Part shown: positions 9,705 through 18,276 of the stretch, piece after piece
How positions within the stretch are numbered: position 1 is the first letter of the stretch
How the letters are laid out: the number at the start of each line of letters is the position of its first letter
DNA from: Rhizobiaceae bacterium
GTDB taxonomy: Bacteria > Pseudomonadota > Alphaproteobacteria > Rhizobiales > Rhizobiaceae
Reading direction: 5' to 3'
NCBI GenBank assembly: GCA_016793565.1
Contig: JAEUMA010000569.1
Coordinates: 1-32,756, forward strand
DNA length: 32,756 nucleotides
Position numbers and translations under genes: made by a program
The notes under the pieces: model-generated
Database searches by the model: none
Seen by the model: the letters and a program-made list of their open reading frames with translations, nothing else
What the model was told of the DNA's origin: nothing

Positions 9705-10617
9705 ACGACAGCCGCTGACGGATCGGCCTTTGCGCCTGCGCGATGCCGATGAAGTCGCGGGCCGTCTGCGTCAGGCCCGAGCCGCGGCGCCAGACCATGC
9801 CGACCTGCACGACAGGCAAGGCGCCGGAAATATCGCGCGACTCGATCCGATCGCCTTCCAGCGACCACGGGCGGTAGACGAGGTCCGGCAGCAGCGCCAC
9901 GCCGGCGCCGGTGGCAACCAGGCTGCGAACCGCTTCGACCGAGCGCGTGCGAAAGGCGACCTGCGGCCTGGCGCCGAGCGCCGTCAGCAGCTTGCCCGTA
10001 TTCTCCTCGATCTCGTCGATGGTGAGCATGATCAGCGGCTGGCCGATGATGTCGGCCGGCGCGATGATGTCGGCGCTGGCCAGCGGATGGCCGAGCGGCA
10101 GCCACAGCCGGTAGGGCGAGACTTCCAGGATTTCGGCCTGCAGCGCCATGCGGTCCCGCAGGTTGGAAATGACCATGACGGCAACATCGAGTTCGCCGCC
10201 GACCAGCAGATGCTCCAGATAGTCGCCATTATCCTCGATGGCGCTGACCTCGACGGCCGGATAGGCGCGACGGTAGCGTGCGAGCAGGTCGGACAGCACG
10301 TAGCCCGCCACCATCGACGTCACGCCGAGCTGCAGCCGGCCAGCACCGGCCTCTCCGTCGCCGTAGAGAGCGCGGCGTGCGTCCGAAACGTCGGCGAGGA
10401 TCTTGGTCGCATGGCGCAGGACCTGATGGCCTTTCTGCGTGATTGTCCGCCCGCGCGGATGGCGTTCAAACAGCGACACTCCAAGATCGGTCTCAAGCTC
10501 CTTGATCGCCTCGGTCACCGACGATTGCGAAATCGACAGGTTCTGCGCCGCGCCGGACACCGAACCGCGTTCCGCCGCGGCGACGAAGTACTGGAGCTGG
10601 CGGATGGTGAAGGCCAT
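9703..10617 (-). CDS. LysR-family transcriptional regulator
   Basis: The track ORF starts at a TTG (10626). I prefer the ATG at 10617 (MAFTIRQLQYFVAAAERGSVSGAAQNLSISQSSVTEAIKELE), a typical LTTR N-terminal wHTH. Confidence 0.9.
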   Translation of the reverse strand: MAFTIRQLQYFVAAAERGSVSGAAQNLSISQSSVTEAIKELETDLGVSLFERHPRGRTITQKGHQVLRHATKILADVSDARRALYGDGEAGAGRLQLGVTSMVAGYVLSDLLARYRRAYPAVEVSAIEDNGDYLEHLLVGGELDVAVMVISNLRDRMALQAEILEVSPYRLWLPLGHPLASADIIAPADIIGQPLIMLTIDEIEENTGKLLTALGARPQVAFRTRSVEAVRSLVATGAGVALLPDLVYRPWSLEGDRIESRDISGALPVVQVGMVWRRGSGLTQTARDFIGIAQAQRPIRQRLS

Positions 10618-10681
10618 GGACGCCAATAAGCACGGGCTGGCCTTGCCGGGAAAGGGGAGGCGGCGTGCGACCGCCCGCGGC

Positions 10682-11602
10682 CTAACCGGCGGGCCGGAAA
10701 GGCTTGGCCAGCGACGCCGGGAAATGCAGCGCCAGCATCTGCCGGTTCTGCGAGATGATCACCAGCACGACGATGGTGGCGAGATAGGGTAGGGCGGAGA
10801 GCAGTTCGGACGGCACCGCGAGCCCAATCGCCTGCCCCTGCAGCTGCAAAATCGTCATGCCGCCGAACAGCCACGCGCCGAGCAGTACGCGCTGAGGCCG
10901 CCAGGTGGCGAAGACGACGAGCGCCAGCGCGATCCAACCCTTGCCAGCGGTCATGTTCTCGACCCAGAGCGGCGTGTATGCGACCGAGAGATAGGCTCCG
11001 CCGAGGCCTGCCATCAGGCCGCCGAACAGCACGGCGAGATACCGGATTTTTATCACAGGATAGCCGATGGCGTGCGCCGTTTGCGGCGACTCGCCGATGG
11101 TGCGCAGCACCAGGCCCGACTTGGTGCGGTACAGGAACCAGGAGATGGCCACGAACATCGCCAGCGCGAGATACACCATCGGGTCGAAGCGAAAGAGCAT
11201 CGGTCCGACCAGCGGGATGTCCGACAGGCCCGGAATATGGATGCGGTCGAGGGCGTCGATCGGCGCGCTGCCGAAGCCGCGGCCCAGGAAAGCCGAGACG
11301 CCCGAGCCGAAGATGGCGAGCGCCAGTCCTGCCGCATACTGGTTGGTCAGGAAGGTCAGCGCCAGCACGCCGAAAAGAAGCGATGTGGCGGCACCCGCGA
11401 GGCCGCCAGCCAGTATCGCCACCGGCATGGAATAGCCGGCGACGACTGCGCCGAAGGCGATGGCCGCGCCCATCAGCATCATGCCTTCGATGCCGAGGTT
11501 GAGCACGCCGGATTTCTCCACCACCAGCTCGCCCAAGGCGGCAAAGACCAGCGGCGTTGCGGCGATGACTGTGCCGGCGAAGATGGCGACGAACAGATCC
11601 AT
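10682..11602 (-). CDS. ABC transporter permease, BMP/nucleoside (CUT2-like) family, second permease
   Basis: Only the last 306 aa of track ORF 10682..12181 are membrane-like (MDLFVAIFAGTVIAATPLVFAALGELVVEKSGVLNLGIEGMM...). The ATG at 11602 overlaps the upstream stop by 1 nt. Confidence 0.85.
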   Translation of the reverse strand: MDLFVAIFAGTVIAATPLVFAALGELVVEKSGVLNLGIEGMMLMGAAIAFGAVVAGYSMPVAILAGGLAGAATSLLFGVLALTFLTNQYAAGLALAIFGSGVSAFLGRGFGSAPIDALDRIHIPGLSDIPLVGPMLFRFDPMVYLALAMFVAISWFLYRTKSGLVLRTIGESPQTAHAIGYPVIKIRYLAVLFGGLMAGLGGAYLSVAYTPLWVENMTAGKGWIALALVVFATWRPQRVLLGAWLFGGMTILQLQGQAIGLAVPSELLSALPYLATIVVLVIISQNRQMLALHFPASLAKPFRPAG

Positions 11603-12663
11603 CAATGGCCCCCGGACCGGCGCAGCCGGTAGAAGATGAAGAAGTCGCAGGCAAGCAGGAAGAAGAGCAGGATGCCCTGGAAGATGCGCGTCAGCGCCGA
11701 GGGCAGGCCAAGCGTCATCTGCACCTGTTCGCCGCCGAGGAAGAGCAGCGACATCAGCAGTCCGCCGAGCACGATGCCGAAGGCGTTCAGCCGGCCGATG
11801 AAGGCCACGATGATGGCCGCGAAGCCGTAGCCGGGCGAGATCTGCGGCGAGAGCTGGCCGAGGGGGCCGGCAGCCTCGGCCACTCCGGCAAAACCGGCCG
11901 CCGCACCGCCGGCAAGCAGGCCGATCCAGATCGCGGACGATTCGCGAAATCCGGCGTAGCGGGCGGCGAGCGGTGCGGCGCCCGAGACCGACATCTTGTA
12001 GCCGAGGAAGGAGCGGTCGGTGAACAGCCACATGGCGACCACCGCGATGACCGTGGCGACGATCGAGGTGTTGAGCCGGTAGGCGGGATCGAAATAGGAG
12101 AACATCGCGGCGGGAGGCAGCAGCGCTGTCTGCGGATAGTTGAAGCCGGCCGGATCGCGCCACGGACCGTGCACGAGCCACGAGAGCAACAGCGTCGCCA
12201 CATAGGTCAGCATCAGCGTGACCAGCACCTCGTTGGTGTTCATGCGCGCGCGCAGGAAAGCCGGAACCGCCGCCCAGGCCATTCCGGCGACGATGCCGGC
12301 CAGGATCATCAGCGGCAGGAGCAACGCGTCAGGCGCCGGCCAGTAGAGGCCGACGCCGGTCGCCGCGATCGCGCCGGCGATCAGCTGGCCTTCCGCGCCA
12401 ATGTTCCAAACGTTGCCGCGGAAACCGACGGCGAGCCCGCAGCCGATCAGGATCAGCGGCGAGGCCTTGAGCAGCCACTCGGAAAGCCCATTGGCCGAAG
12501 ACAGCGGCTGGATGAAGAAGGCGTGCAGCGCGGCCAGCGGAGCGTAGCCGAGCGCCGCGAAGAAGGCGGAGCCCACCGCGAGCGTCAGAAGCGTGGCGAT
12601 GATCGGTGCGGCGACGCGCATCGCCGCCGAGGGCTGGGGCCGCTGCTCAATGGTGAAGTGCAC
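11602..12663 (-). CDS. ABC transporter permease, BMP/nucleoside family, first permease
   Basis: 353-aa multi-TM protein. GTG start at 12663 has an AAGGGGAG SD and overlaps the ATPase 3' end by 17 nt. The NIGAEGQ motif is shared with 29946..31007. Confidence 0.85.
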   Translation of the reverse strand: MHFTIEQRPQPSAAMRVAAPIIATLLTLAVGSAFFAALGYAPLAALHAFFIQPLSSANGLSEWLLKASPLILIGCGLAVGFRGNVWNIGAEGQLIAGAIAATGVGLYWPAPDALLLPLMILAGIVAGMAWAAVPAFLRARMNTNEVLVTLMLTYVATLLLSWLVHGPWRDPAGFNYPQTALLPPAAMFSYFDPAYRLNTSIVATVIAVVAMWLFTDRSFLGYKMSVSGAAPLAARYAGFRESSAIWIGLLAGGAAAGFAGVAEAAGPLGQLSPQISPGYGFAAIIVAFIGRLNAFGIVLGGLLMSLLFLGGEQVQMTLGLPSALTRIFQGILLFFLLACDFFIFYRLRRSGGH

Positions 12664-14185
12664 CGGCGCTCCCCTTGTGCGTGCTGCTTTCGGTTCCCCC
12701 AGTCATCAGCAGGCCGATCTCCTCGCGATCGGTCTTCCTGCGGTCGAGCGAGGATGAAAGCCGTCCCTGGCAGATGACTAGGAGGCGGTCGCAAATCTCG
12801 AAGAGTTCGTCCAATTCCTCGGACACAACGATAATGGCGGCGCCGGCCCGGCTGAGGTCTACCAGCGTCTGCCGAAGAAAGGCGGATGCGCCGACATCGA
12901 CGCCCCAGGTCGGCTGCGAGACCAAAAGGACCTTCGGAGCCAGTTCCATCTCGCGACCGACGATGAATTTCTGCAGGTTGCCACCCGAAAGGCTCTGCGC
13001 GGCGGCGCCCGAGCCATTCGCCTTGACCTTGAATCGCGAAATGACCCTGTCGGCGAAGGCGGCCGCGCGACCCCGGTCGACCATGCCGCCCCGCACGAGC
13101 CCCGCGCGGTGCGCGGTCAGCACCGCATTGTCGCGCAGCGAATGGCCGGGCACGGCCCCGCGGCCCAGGCGCTCCTCCGGGACGAAAGCAAGGCCTCGGC
13201 GGCGGCGCTCGCCGGCGTCGAGGCGGCCTACAGGCTGGCCCTCGAGCCGAATCGCCTCGGCGTGGCGGTGGCGCAGTTCGCCCGAAAGATGGGCGATCAG
13301 CTCGGCCTGCCCGTTGCCGGAAACGCCGGCGATGCCGACGATCTCACCTCCGTGGACGGAGAGCGAGACGTCGCGCAAGGCAGTGCCGAAGGCGTGCGGC
13401 GGGTCCGCGGACAGGTTTTTCACTTCCAGAATCGGGGCGGGGGAGGGGCGGGCTGGCTCGATATGCATTTCCGGCAGGTTCGCGCCGACCATCATCCGCG
13501 CGAGTTCCAGCGAGGTGGTTTTGCGGGGTTCGGCGGTGCCGGTAACACGGCCGCCGCGCAGCACCGTGGCGCTGTCGCAAAGCGCCTGAACCTCGTCCAA
13601 CTTGTGGCTGATGTAGACGATCGAGCAGCCTTCCGCGGAAAGCTGGCGCAGCGTCTCGAACAGCTTTTCCACCGCCTGCGGCGTCAGAACCGAGGTCGGC
13701 TCGTCGAGGATCAGCAGTTTCGGCCGCTGCAACAGGCAGCGCACGATCTCGACGCGCTGGCGCTCGCCGACCGACAGATCGTGGACGATGCGGCGCGGGT
13801 CGACCGGCATTCCGTAGCGCTCGGAAAGTTCCACCACCTGGCGGGAAAGCGCGTCGAGGTCGAACGGCATACGCGCCGAGAGCGCGATGTTCTCGACCAC
13901 GGAGACGGATTCGAACAGGGCGAAATGCTGGTAGACCATCTCGATGCCCAGCGCGCGCGAGGTCGCCGGATCGTGCCGCTCGATGCGATTGCCGTCGCAG
14001 ACGATTTCGCCGGAATCGGCCTGCACCGCGCCGTAGATGATCTTCATCAGCGTCGACTTGCCGGCGCCGTTCTCACCCAGCACGGCGTGGATTTCGCCGG
14101 GCGCGATCGCCATCGAGATGTCGTCATTGGCGACGACGCCAGGATAGCGCTTCGAGATATTGCGCAGTTCGAGGCGGGGGGTCAT
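12647..14185 (-). CDS. ABC transporter ATP-binding protein with duplicated ATPase domains
   Basis: 512 aa. Walker A GENGAGKST, a second degenerate P-loop GVSGNGQ, LSGGNLQK, and two Walker B-like segments. Confidence 0.9.
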   Translation of the reverse strand: MTPRLELRNISKRYPGVVANDDISMAIAPGEIHAVLGENGAGKSTLMKIIYGAVQADSGEIVCDGNRIERHDPATSRALGIEMVYQHFALFESVSVVENIALSARMPFDLDALSRQVVELSERYGMPVDPRRIVHDLSVGERQRVEIVRCLLQRPKLLILDEPTSVLTPQAVEKLFETLRQLSAEGCSIVYISHKLDEVQALCDSATVLRGGRVTGTAEPRKTTSLELARMMVGANLPEMHIEPARPSPAPILEVKNLSADPPHAFGTALRDVSLSVHGGEIVGIAGVSGNGQAELIAHLSGELRHRHAEAIRLEGQPVGRLDAGERRRRGLAFVPEERLGRGAVPGHSLRDNAVLTAHRAGLVRGGMVDRGRAAAFADRVISRFKVKANGSGAAAQSLSGGNLQKFIVGREMELAPKVLLVSQPTWGVDVGASAFLRQTLVDLSRAGAAIIVVSEELDELFEICDRLLVICQGRLSSSLDRRKTDREEIGLLMTGGTESSTHKGSAGALHH

Positions 14186-14229
14186 GCGGCTATGGCTCAG
14201 GTCTCGATTGCTATGCAGCGGATACGCGC

Positions 14230-14270
14230 CACCCTGTCTCCGCTTTGCTAGGCGAAGCGGAGACAGGGTG
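14230..14270 (-). other. Perfect 16-bp-stem hairpin between the binding-protein gene and the ATPase gene
   Basis: 14230-14245 (CACCCTGTCTCCGCTT) is the exact reverse complement of 14255-14270 (AAGCGGAGACAGGGTG). No U tract follows on the minus strand. Confidence 0.6.
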
Positions 14271-14303
14271 AGGGCTGACCTTGTCGTCTCCCTCCCGCCG
14301 GCG

Positions 14304-15398
14304 CTAGGCCAGCTTGCCGATCATGCCGGCCACGAACCAGTTCATGCCGCGGATATCCGGATCGGCCAGAACCGATCCGGCCGCCACCTTGACGTTGCCG
14401 TCCTGGTCCTTCAGTTCGCCGGCATAGGGATGGACCTTGCCACTGCCGATATCGGTCTCGAGCTGCTTGAGCTTGGCCACAACGTCAGCCGGGATCTGCT
14501 CGTTGTAGGGCGCCATCTTGACGATGCCGGCTGCCAGCCCGTCCCAGCGAACCTCCGGTTTCCAGGTACCGGCGGCCACCGCCTTAGCCGGCTCGACATA
14601 GTCGCGCGACCAGTCCAGCGTGAAGGCGGTGAGCTGCTTGCCGGAGCCGAAAGCCGCCATGTCGCTGGCGTAGCCGATCGACCACGCGCCGCCTTCGCCG
14701 GCGGTCTGCACGCCGGTCGCCGTGTCGGTCATGGAGCAGATGACGTCGCAGCCCTGCGACAGCAGCGTGTTGGCCGCCTCCTTCTCCTTGCCGGGATCGA
14801 ACCAGGAATTGAGGAACACGACGTTGCAAGTGGTGTCCGGCCGGACGCTCTGGGCGCCGAGCAGAAGCGCGTTGGCAGGGCCGACGATGTCGGGAATCGG
14901 GAAGCCACCGATGAAGCCGATCTTGCCGGACTTGGTCATGTGCCCTGCCGCGGCGCCAGCCACGAAGGTTCCTTCGTAGTACTTCGCCTCGAAGGTGCCG
15001 AGATTGGCCAGGTGGACGATGCCCGAACAGTGTTCGAAGGCGATGTCGGGAAAGCGCGGCGCGACCTTCTGCATTGGCGTTCCGTGCGAGAAGCTGGTAC
15101 CGAAGATCAGCTTGTTGCCGCTGCTGGCGAGCTGCGTGAAGACCCGCTCGGCATCCTGCGGCATGAAAATGTTGTCGATGATGGTCATCTCGACCTTGTC
15201 ACCGAACGCATCCTTGATCGCCTGCGCGCCAAGGCTGTGCTGCTTGGTCCAGCCGATGTCGGCGACGGGCGAGACATATACGACGCCCACCTTCAGCACC
15301 TCCTGCGCATGCGCCAGGCCTGCAAAGCCGCCGGTGGCGGCAGCGGCGCCAAGCGCGCCGGAGTATTTCAGGAAATCGCGTCTGGTCGTGTCGGTCAT
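14304..15398 (-). CDS. BMP-family ABC transporter substrate-binding protein with twin-arginine signal
   Basis: MTDTTRRDFLKYSGALGAAAATGGFAGLAHA is a Tat-type signal. The rest resembles the BMP/PnrA fold family: GFIGGFPIPDIVG, FLNSWFDPGKEKEAA. Confidence 0.85.
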   Translation of the reverse strand: MTDTTRRDFLKYSGALGAAAATGGFAGLAHAQEVLKVGVVYVSPVADIGWTKQHSLGAQAIKDAFGDKVEMTIIDNIFMPQDAERVFTQLASSGNKLIFGTSFSHGTPMQKVAPRFPDIAFEHCSGIVHLANLGTFEAKYYEGTFVAGAAAGHMTKSGKIGFIGGFPIPDIVGPANALLLGAQSVRPDTTCNVVFLNSWFDPGKEKEAANTLLSQGCDVICSMTDTATGVQTAGEGGAWSIGYASDMAAFGSGKQLTAFTLDWSRDYVEPAKAVAAGTWKPEVRWDGLAAGIVKMAPYNEQIPADVVAKLKQLETDIGSGKVHPYAGELKDQDGNVKVAAGSVLADPDIRGMNWFVAGMIGKLA

Positions 15399-15410
15399 TG
15401 TTCCAAACCT

Positions 15411-16229
15411 CTAATGGTTGCCTTGGATTTCAGGCCCGTTCGCAAGCGCGGGCTCTTTTCTCTGTTTGTGGTCGTGGCGATGCGGCGCCGCGGTACTGCC
15501 ACGCGGCTGAGCCGTGGAATTCGTGGCGCCGTCCCGGGCGTCGGCAGGCGGCTCGGCGAGATAGGGCGCCAGCGCCTCGCGCGGCGTCATCTCCGGAAAC
15601 ACCTGCCGGTCCATGATGTAGCCTCGGACGACGGCGCGGTGATGCGTGTCGATCAGTTCCAGCGCCTTCTTGAGCCGGCCTTTCTCCAGCAGGTCGATCA
15701 GGCGTGCGTGGTCGTCCAAAAGGTTGCAGTAGTCAAAGTCGGCTGTGATCAGGGAGCGCAACAACGTCGTGCGCCGCGTTAGCTGCGCGTGAATCTCCTG
15801 CATCACCTTGTTGCGGGAGAGCCGCACGAAGACCGTATGAAACTCCTGCCCCAGGACATCGGCCAGTGCGTCGTTGTCCGCGGCTACCGCCTGGCGCTGG
15901 CGCTCCACATGCTGGCGCAGTTCCGCCCAGCCCGCAGGCCCGAGCCTGTCGGAGAGCTGCGCGGCCACGCCCTGTTCCACCAACGTCAGGGCGTCGTAGA
16001 TCTCGATCGCCTCCTGCATCCCCGGCCTGGCGACGAAGGCGCCGCGGTTGCGCTCGATCTGCGCCAGCCCATGGTCGGCCAGGCGAATGAGCGCCTGGCG
16101 GATGACGATGCGGCTGACGCCGAAAATCTCAGAAAGCTCGCGTTCGCCCAGCTTGCAGCCAGGCACCAGTCGATGATCGATGATGGCGCGCGTCAGCACG
16201 TCTGCGATCGCCTGGGAACGGTTGCTCAT
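15411..16229 (-). CDS. GntR-family (FadR/FCD-type) transcriptional regulator
   Basis: wHTH GERELSEIFGVSRIVIRQALIRLADHGLAQIERNRGAFV. I prefer the ATG at 16229 (MSNRSQAIADVL...) with GGAAGA upstream. The track start at 16328 has no SD. The stop lies 12 nt before the BMP binding-protein start. Confidence 0.8.
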   Translation of the reverse strand: MSNRSQAIADVLTRAIIDHRLVPGCKLGERELSEIFGVSRIVIRQALIRLADHGLAQIERNRGAFVARPGMQEAIEIYDALTLVEQGVAAQLSDRLGPAGWAELRQHVERQRQAVAADNDALADVLGQEFHTVFVRLSRNKVMQEIHAQLTRRTTLLRSLITADFDYCNLLDDHARLIDLLEKGRLKKALELIDTHHRAVVRGYIMDRQVFPEMTPREALAPYLAEPPADARDGATNSTAQPRGSTAAPHRHDHKQRKEPALANGPEIQGNH

Positions 16230-16391
16230 CGGTGCGGCGTCTTCCACCCGGACTGGCTTGATTTTATTCGGATTGCCCATGTTCAGGGCATCGTTGAACG
16301 TCGACATATCCCAGATTGCGACTTGCATATATCGGAATGCAACGTGCCAGTTCTGTCAATCAGGAAATAGAGTTTGTCCGGCAGAAAATCG

Positions 16392-16421
16392 TTGATTGGT
16401 ATCCAATCTTGTGTTTGCAAT
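16392..16421 (+). promoter_or_regulatory. Candidate promoter of module A (TTGATT-18 nt-TGCAAT) with overlapping palindromic operator GATTGG-TAT-CCAATC (16394-16408)
   Basis: AT-rich patch in the divergent GntR/oxygenase gap. The perfect 6-bp inverted repeat overlaps the -35 hexamer and spacer. The hexamers match the consensus only partly. Confidence 0.3.
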
Positions 16422-16474
16422 GACGCGAAGGGAACCAAGCAGACTCGTCCGAGAGCCGGCCAGGTAGGGAACAG

Positions 16475-17332
16475 ATGGCAGCGCCTTGCAGCGACCGCAT
16501 TCTCCTCGACGACTGGCATATCGTCGCCGATCGCGCCGTGCTGACCGAGGGCCGGCCCTTCGCATCGCGGCTGCTCGGCGTCGACCTCGAAGTGACAAGG
16601 CACGGCGACGACGCCGACGTTGTCTGCATTACGGGCGGGGCGCCGGTGCGAAGCCAGCAGCTCTACGGCTATATCTGGGCCTGCCTCGGCACGCCGGCGC
16701 GCGACATCGTACACCTGCCGGAAGCCTTCGAGGACGACCGCCACACGGTCACCGGCGGTTCGATCGCCGTAAAAGTGTCAGGCCTGCGCGCGGTCGAGAA
16801 CTTTCTCGACATGGGCCATTTCCCGTTCGTGCACACCGGCTGGCTGGGTGACGAGCCGCACACCGAGGTGCAGCCCTACAATGTCGAGATCACCGAGGCC
16901 GACGAGATTCTCGCCACCGACTGCAAGTTCTTCCAGCCGGTCGCTTCGCCGACGGCCAAGGGCGGGATGATGGTCGACTATATCTACAAGGTGATCCGGC
17001 CCTATACGGTGGCGCTCTACAAGAGCAATCCGCTGCAGCCCGGAAGGCTCGATTCCATAACGCTGTTCGTGCAGCCGGTGGACGAGGAGAACTGCATCGC
17101 CCATCCCTTCCTCTGCTACATCAAGGAAGGCATCGATGAGCCGACGATCCGCTGGTTCATGCAACTGATCTTCGCGCAGGACAAGCCGATCCTGGAGAAC
17201 CAGGTGCCCAAGCGCCTGCCGCTGGATCCTCGCGCGGAAACGCCGATCCGCGCCGACGCTGTCTCCGTCACCTACCGTCGCTGGCTGCGCGAGCGTGCCG
17301 TCACCTACGGCGCCATCCCCGCCGCCGCCTAA
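16475..17332 (+). CDS. Rieske-oxygenase-family catalytic (non-heme iron) subunit lacking Rieske cluster ligands, copy 1 (NdmC-like architecture)
   Basis: ATG with an AGGGA SD. Iron motif ENFLDMGHFPFVH (16796-16834) and the QDKPILENQ block are present. The N-terminal 72 aa have no CxH/CxxH pair. Confidence 0.8.
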   Translation: MAAPCSDRILLDDWHIVADRAVLTEGRPFASRLLGVDLEVTRHGDDADVVCITGGAPVRSQQLYGYIWACLGTPARDIVHLPEAFEDDRHTVTGGSIAVKVSGLRAVENFLDMGHFPFVHTGWLGDEPHTEVQPYNVEITEADEILATDCKFFQPVASPTAKGGMMVDYIYKVIRPYTVALYKSNPLQPGRLDSITLFVQPVDEENCIAHPFLCYIKEGIDEPTIRWFMQLIFAQDKPILENQVPKRLPLDPRAETPIRADAVSVTYRRWLRERAVTYGAIPAAA

Positions 17333-17371
17333 ATTGAGCAAAAAATCCTTCCAGCGAAGGAGGAGACAGCC

Positions 17372-18271
17372 ATGACCAAATGCACCGACCGCGTGGTCCT
17401 CGATCTCTGGCATCCGTTGCAGGCTATCGCCGAGATGCCGGCCGGCCGTGTGCATGAGACGGTGCTGCTGGAGGAGCGCCTCGGCTTTGCGCGGGATGAG
17501 GCGGGCAATGCCGCCGTCTGGCGCGCGCGGCCGGATTTGCGCGCCGACGATGCGGTCGACATCGCGGCGGTGAACGACCGGCTGCCGGCCAAGGTCGCAT
17601 ACGGCTATGTCTGGTCCTCGCTCGGCAATCCGCCCGCCGATATCTTCCCGATCCCGGAATTCGCCGAGCCCGACCGGCGCCGGCTGAACGCCGCCACGAT
17701 GGGCGTCAACGTCTCGGCGCCGCGTGCCATCGAGAATTTTCTGGATATGGGCCACTTCCCCTATGTCCACACCGACATCCTCGGCGCCGAGCCGCACACG
17801 GAGGTGAAGGAATACGACGTCGAGGTTTCCGCCGACCGCGACGAGATTCTCGCAACGCGCTGCCGCTTCTTCCAGCCGATGGCCTCGACGGTTTCGACGG
17901 GCGGCGCCGACGTCGAATATGTCTACCGCGTGCCGCACCCGTTCTGCTCGGTGCTCTACAAGTCTAGCCCGGCCGACGAGAAGCGCATGGACGTGATCGC
18001 CATCTTCATCCAGCCCGTCGACCAGGAGCATATCCGCGCCCACATGATGCTGTGCGTTCTGGACTTCGACAACGAGGACAAGATCATAAAGCGCTTTCAG
18101 CAGACGATCTTCGGCCAGGACAAGCCAATCCTGGAAAACCAGTTCCCGAAGCGTCTGCCTCTCGATCCGCGTGCCGAGACGCCGATCCGTGCAGACAAAT
18201 CGGCGATCGCCTACCGCCGCTGGCTGAGCCAGAAGGGGTTGACCTACGGCGTCATCCCGGCCGCCGCCTGA
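17372..18271 (+). CDS. Rieske-oxygenase-family catalytic subunit lacking Rieske cluster ligands, copy 2 (tandem paralog)
   Basis: Strong GAAGGAGGAG SD. Iron motif ENFLDMGHFPYVH (17732-17770). Shares the identical block PKRLPLDPRAETPIRAD and the C-terminus YG(A/V)IPAAA with copy 1. Only one Cys (C4) occurs in the N-terminal 85 aa. Confidence 0.8.
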   Translation: MTKCTDRVVLDLWHPLQAIAEMPAGRVHETVLLEERLGFARDEAGNAAVWRARPDLRADDAVDIAAVNDRLPAKVAYGYVWSSLGNPPADIFPIPEFAEPDRRRLNAATMGVNVSAPRAIENFLDMGHFPYVHTDILGAEPHTEVKEYDVEVSADRDEILATRCRFFQPMASTVSTGGADVEYVYRVPHPFCSVLYKSSPADEKRMDVIAIFIQPVDQEHIRAHMMLCVLDFDNEDKIIKRFQQTIFGQDKPILENQFPKRLPLDPRAETPIRADKSAIAYRRWLSQKGLTYGVIPAAA

Positions 18272-18276
18272 TTTTT

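Noticed and set aside
8665-10629. 654-aa plus-strand ORF spanning ydcS, the intergenic region and lysR
   Set aside because: It crosses an AT-rich promoter region and two well-supported minus-strand genes. I recognised no motifs, so it is a high-GC shadow ORF.
11603-12181. N-terminal extension of track ORF 10682..12181
   Set aside because: The reasoning is the same: it overlaps the first permease gene in another frame. The hydrophobic permease sequence starts at MDLFVAIF (11602).
14160-15782. 540-aa plus-strand ORF opposite the BMP binding-protein and GntR genes
   Set aside because: It is antisense to two motif-bearing genes, spans their intergenic gap, and has a biased Arg/Gly/Ala composition.
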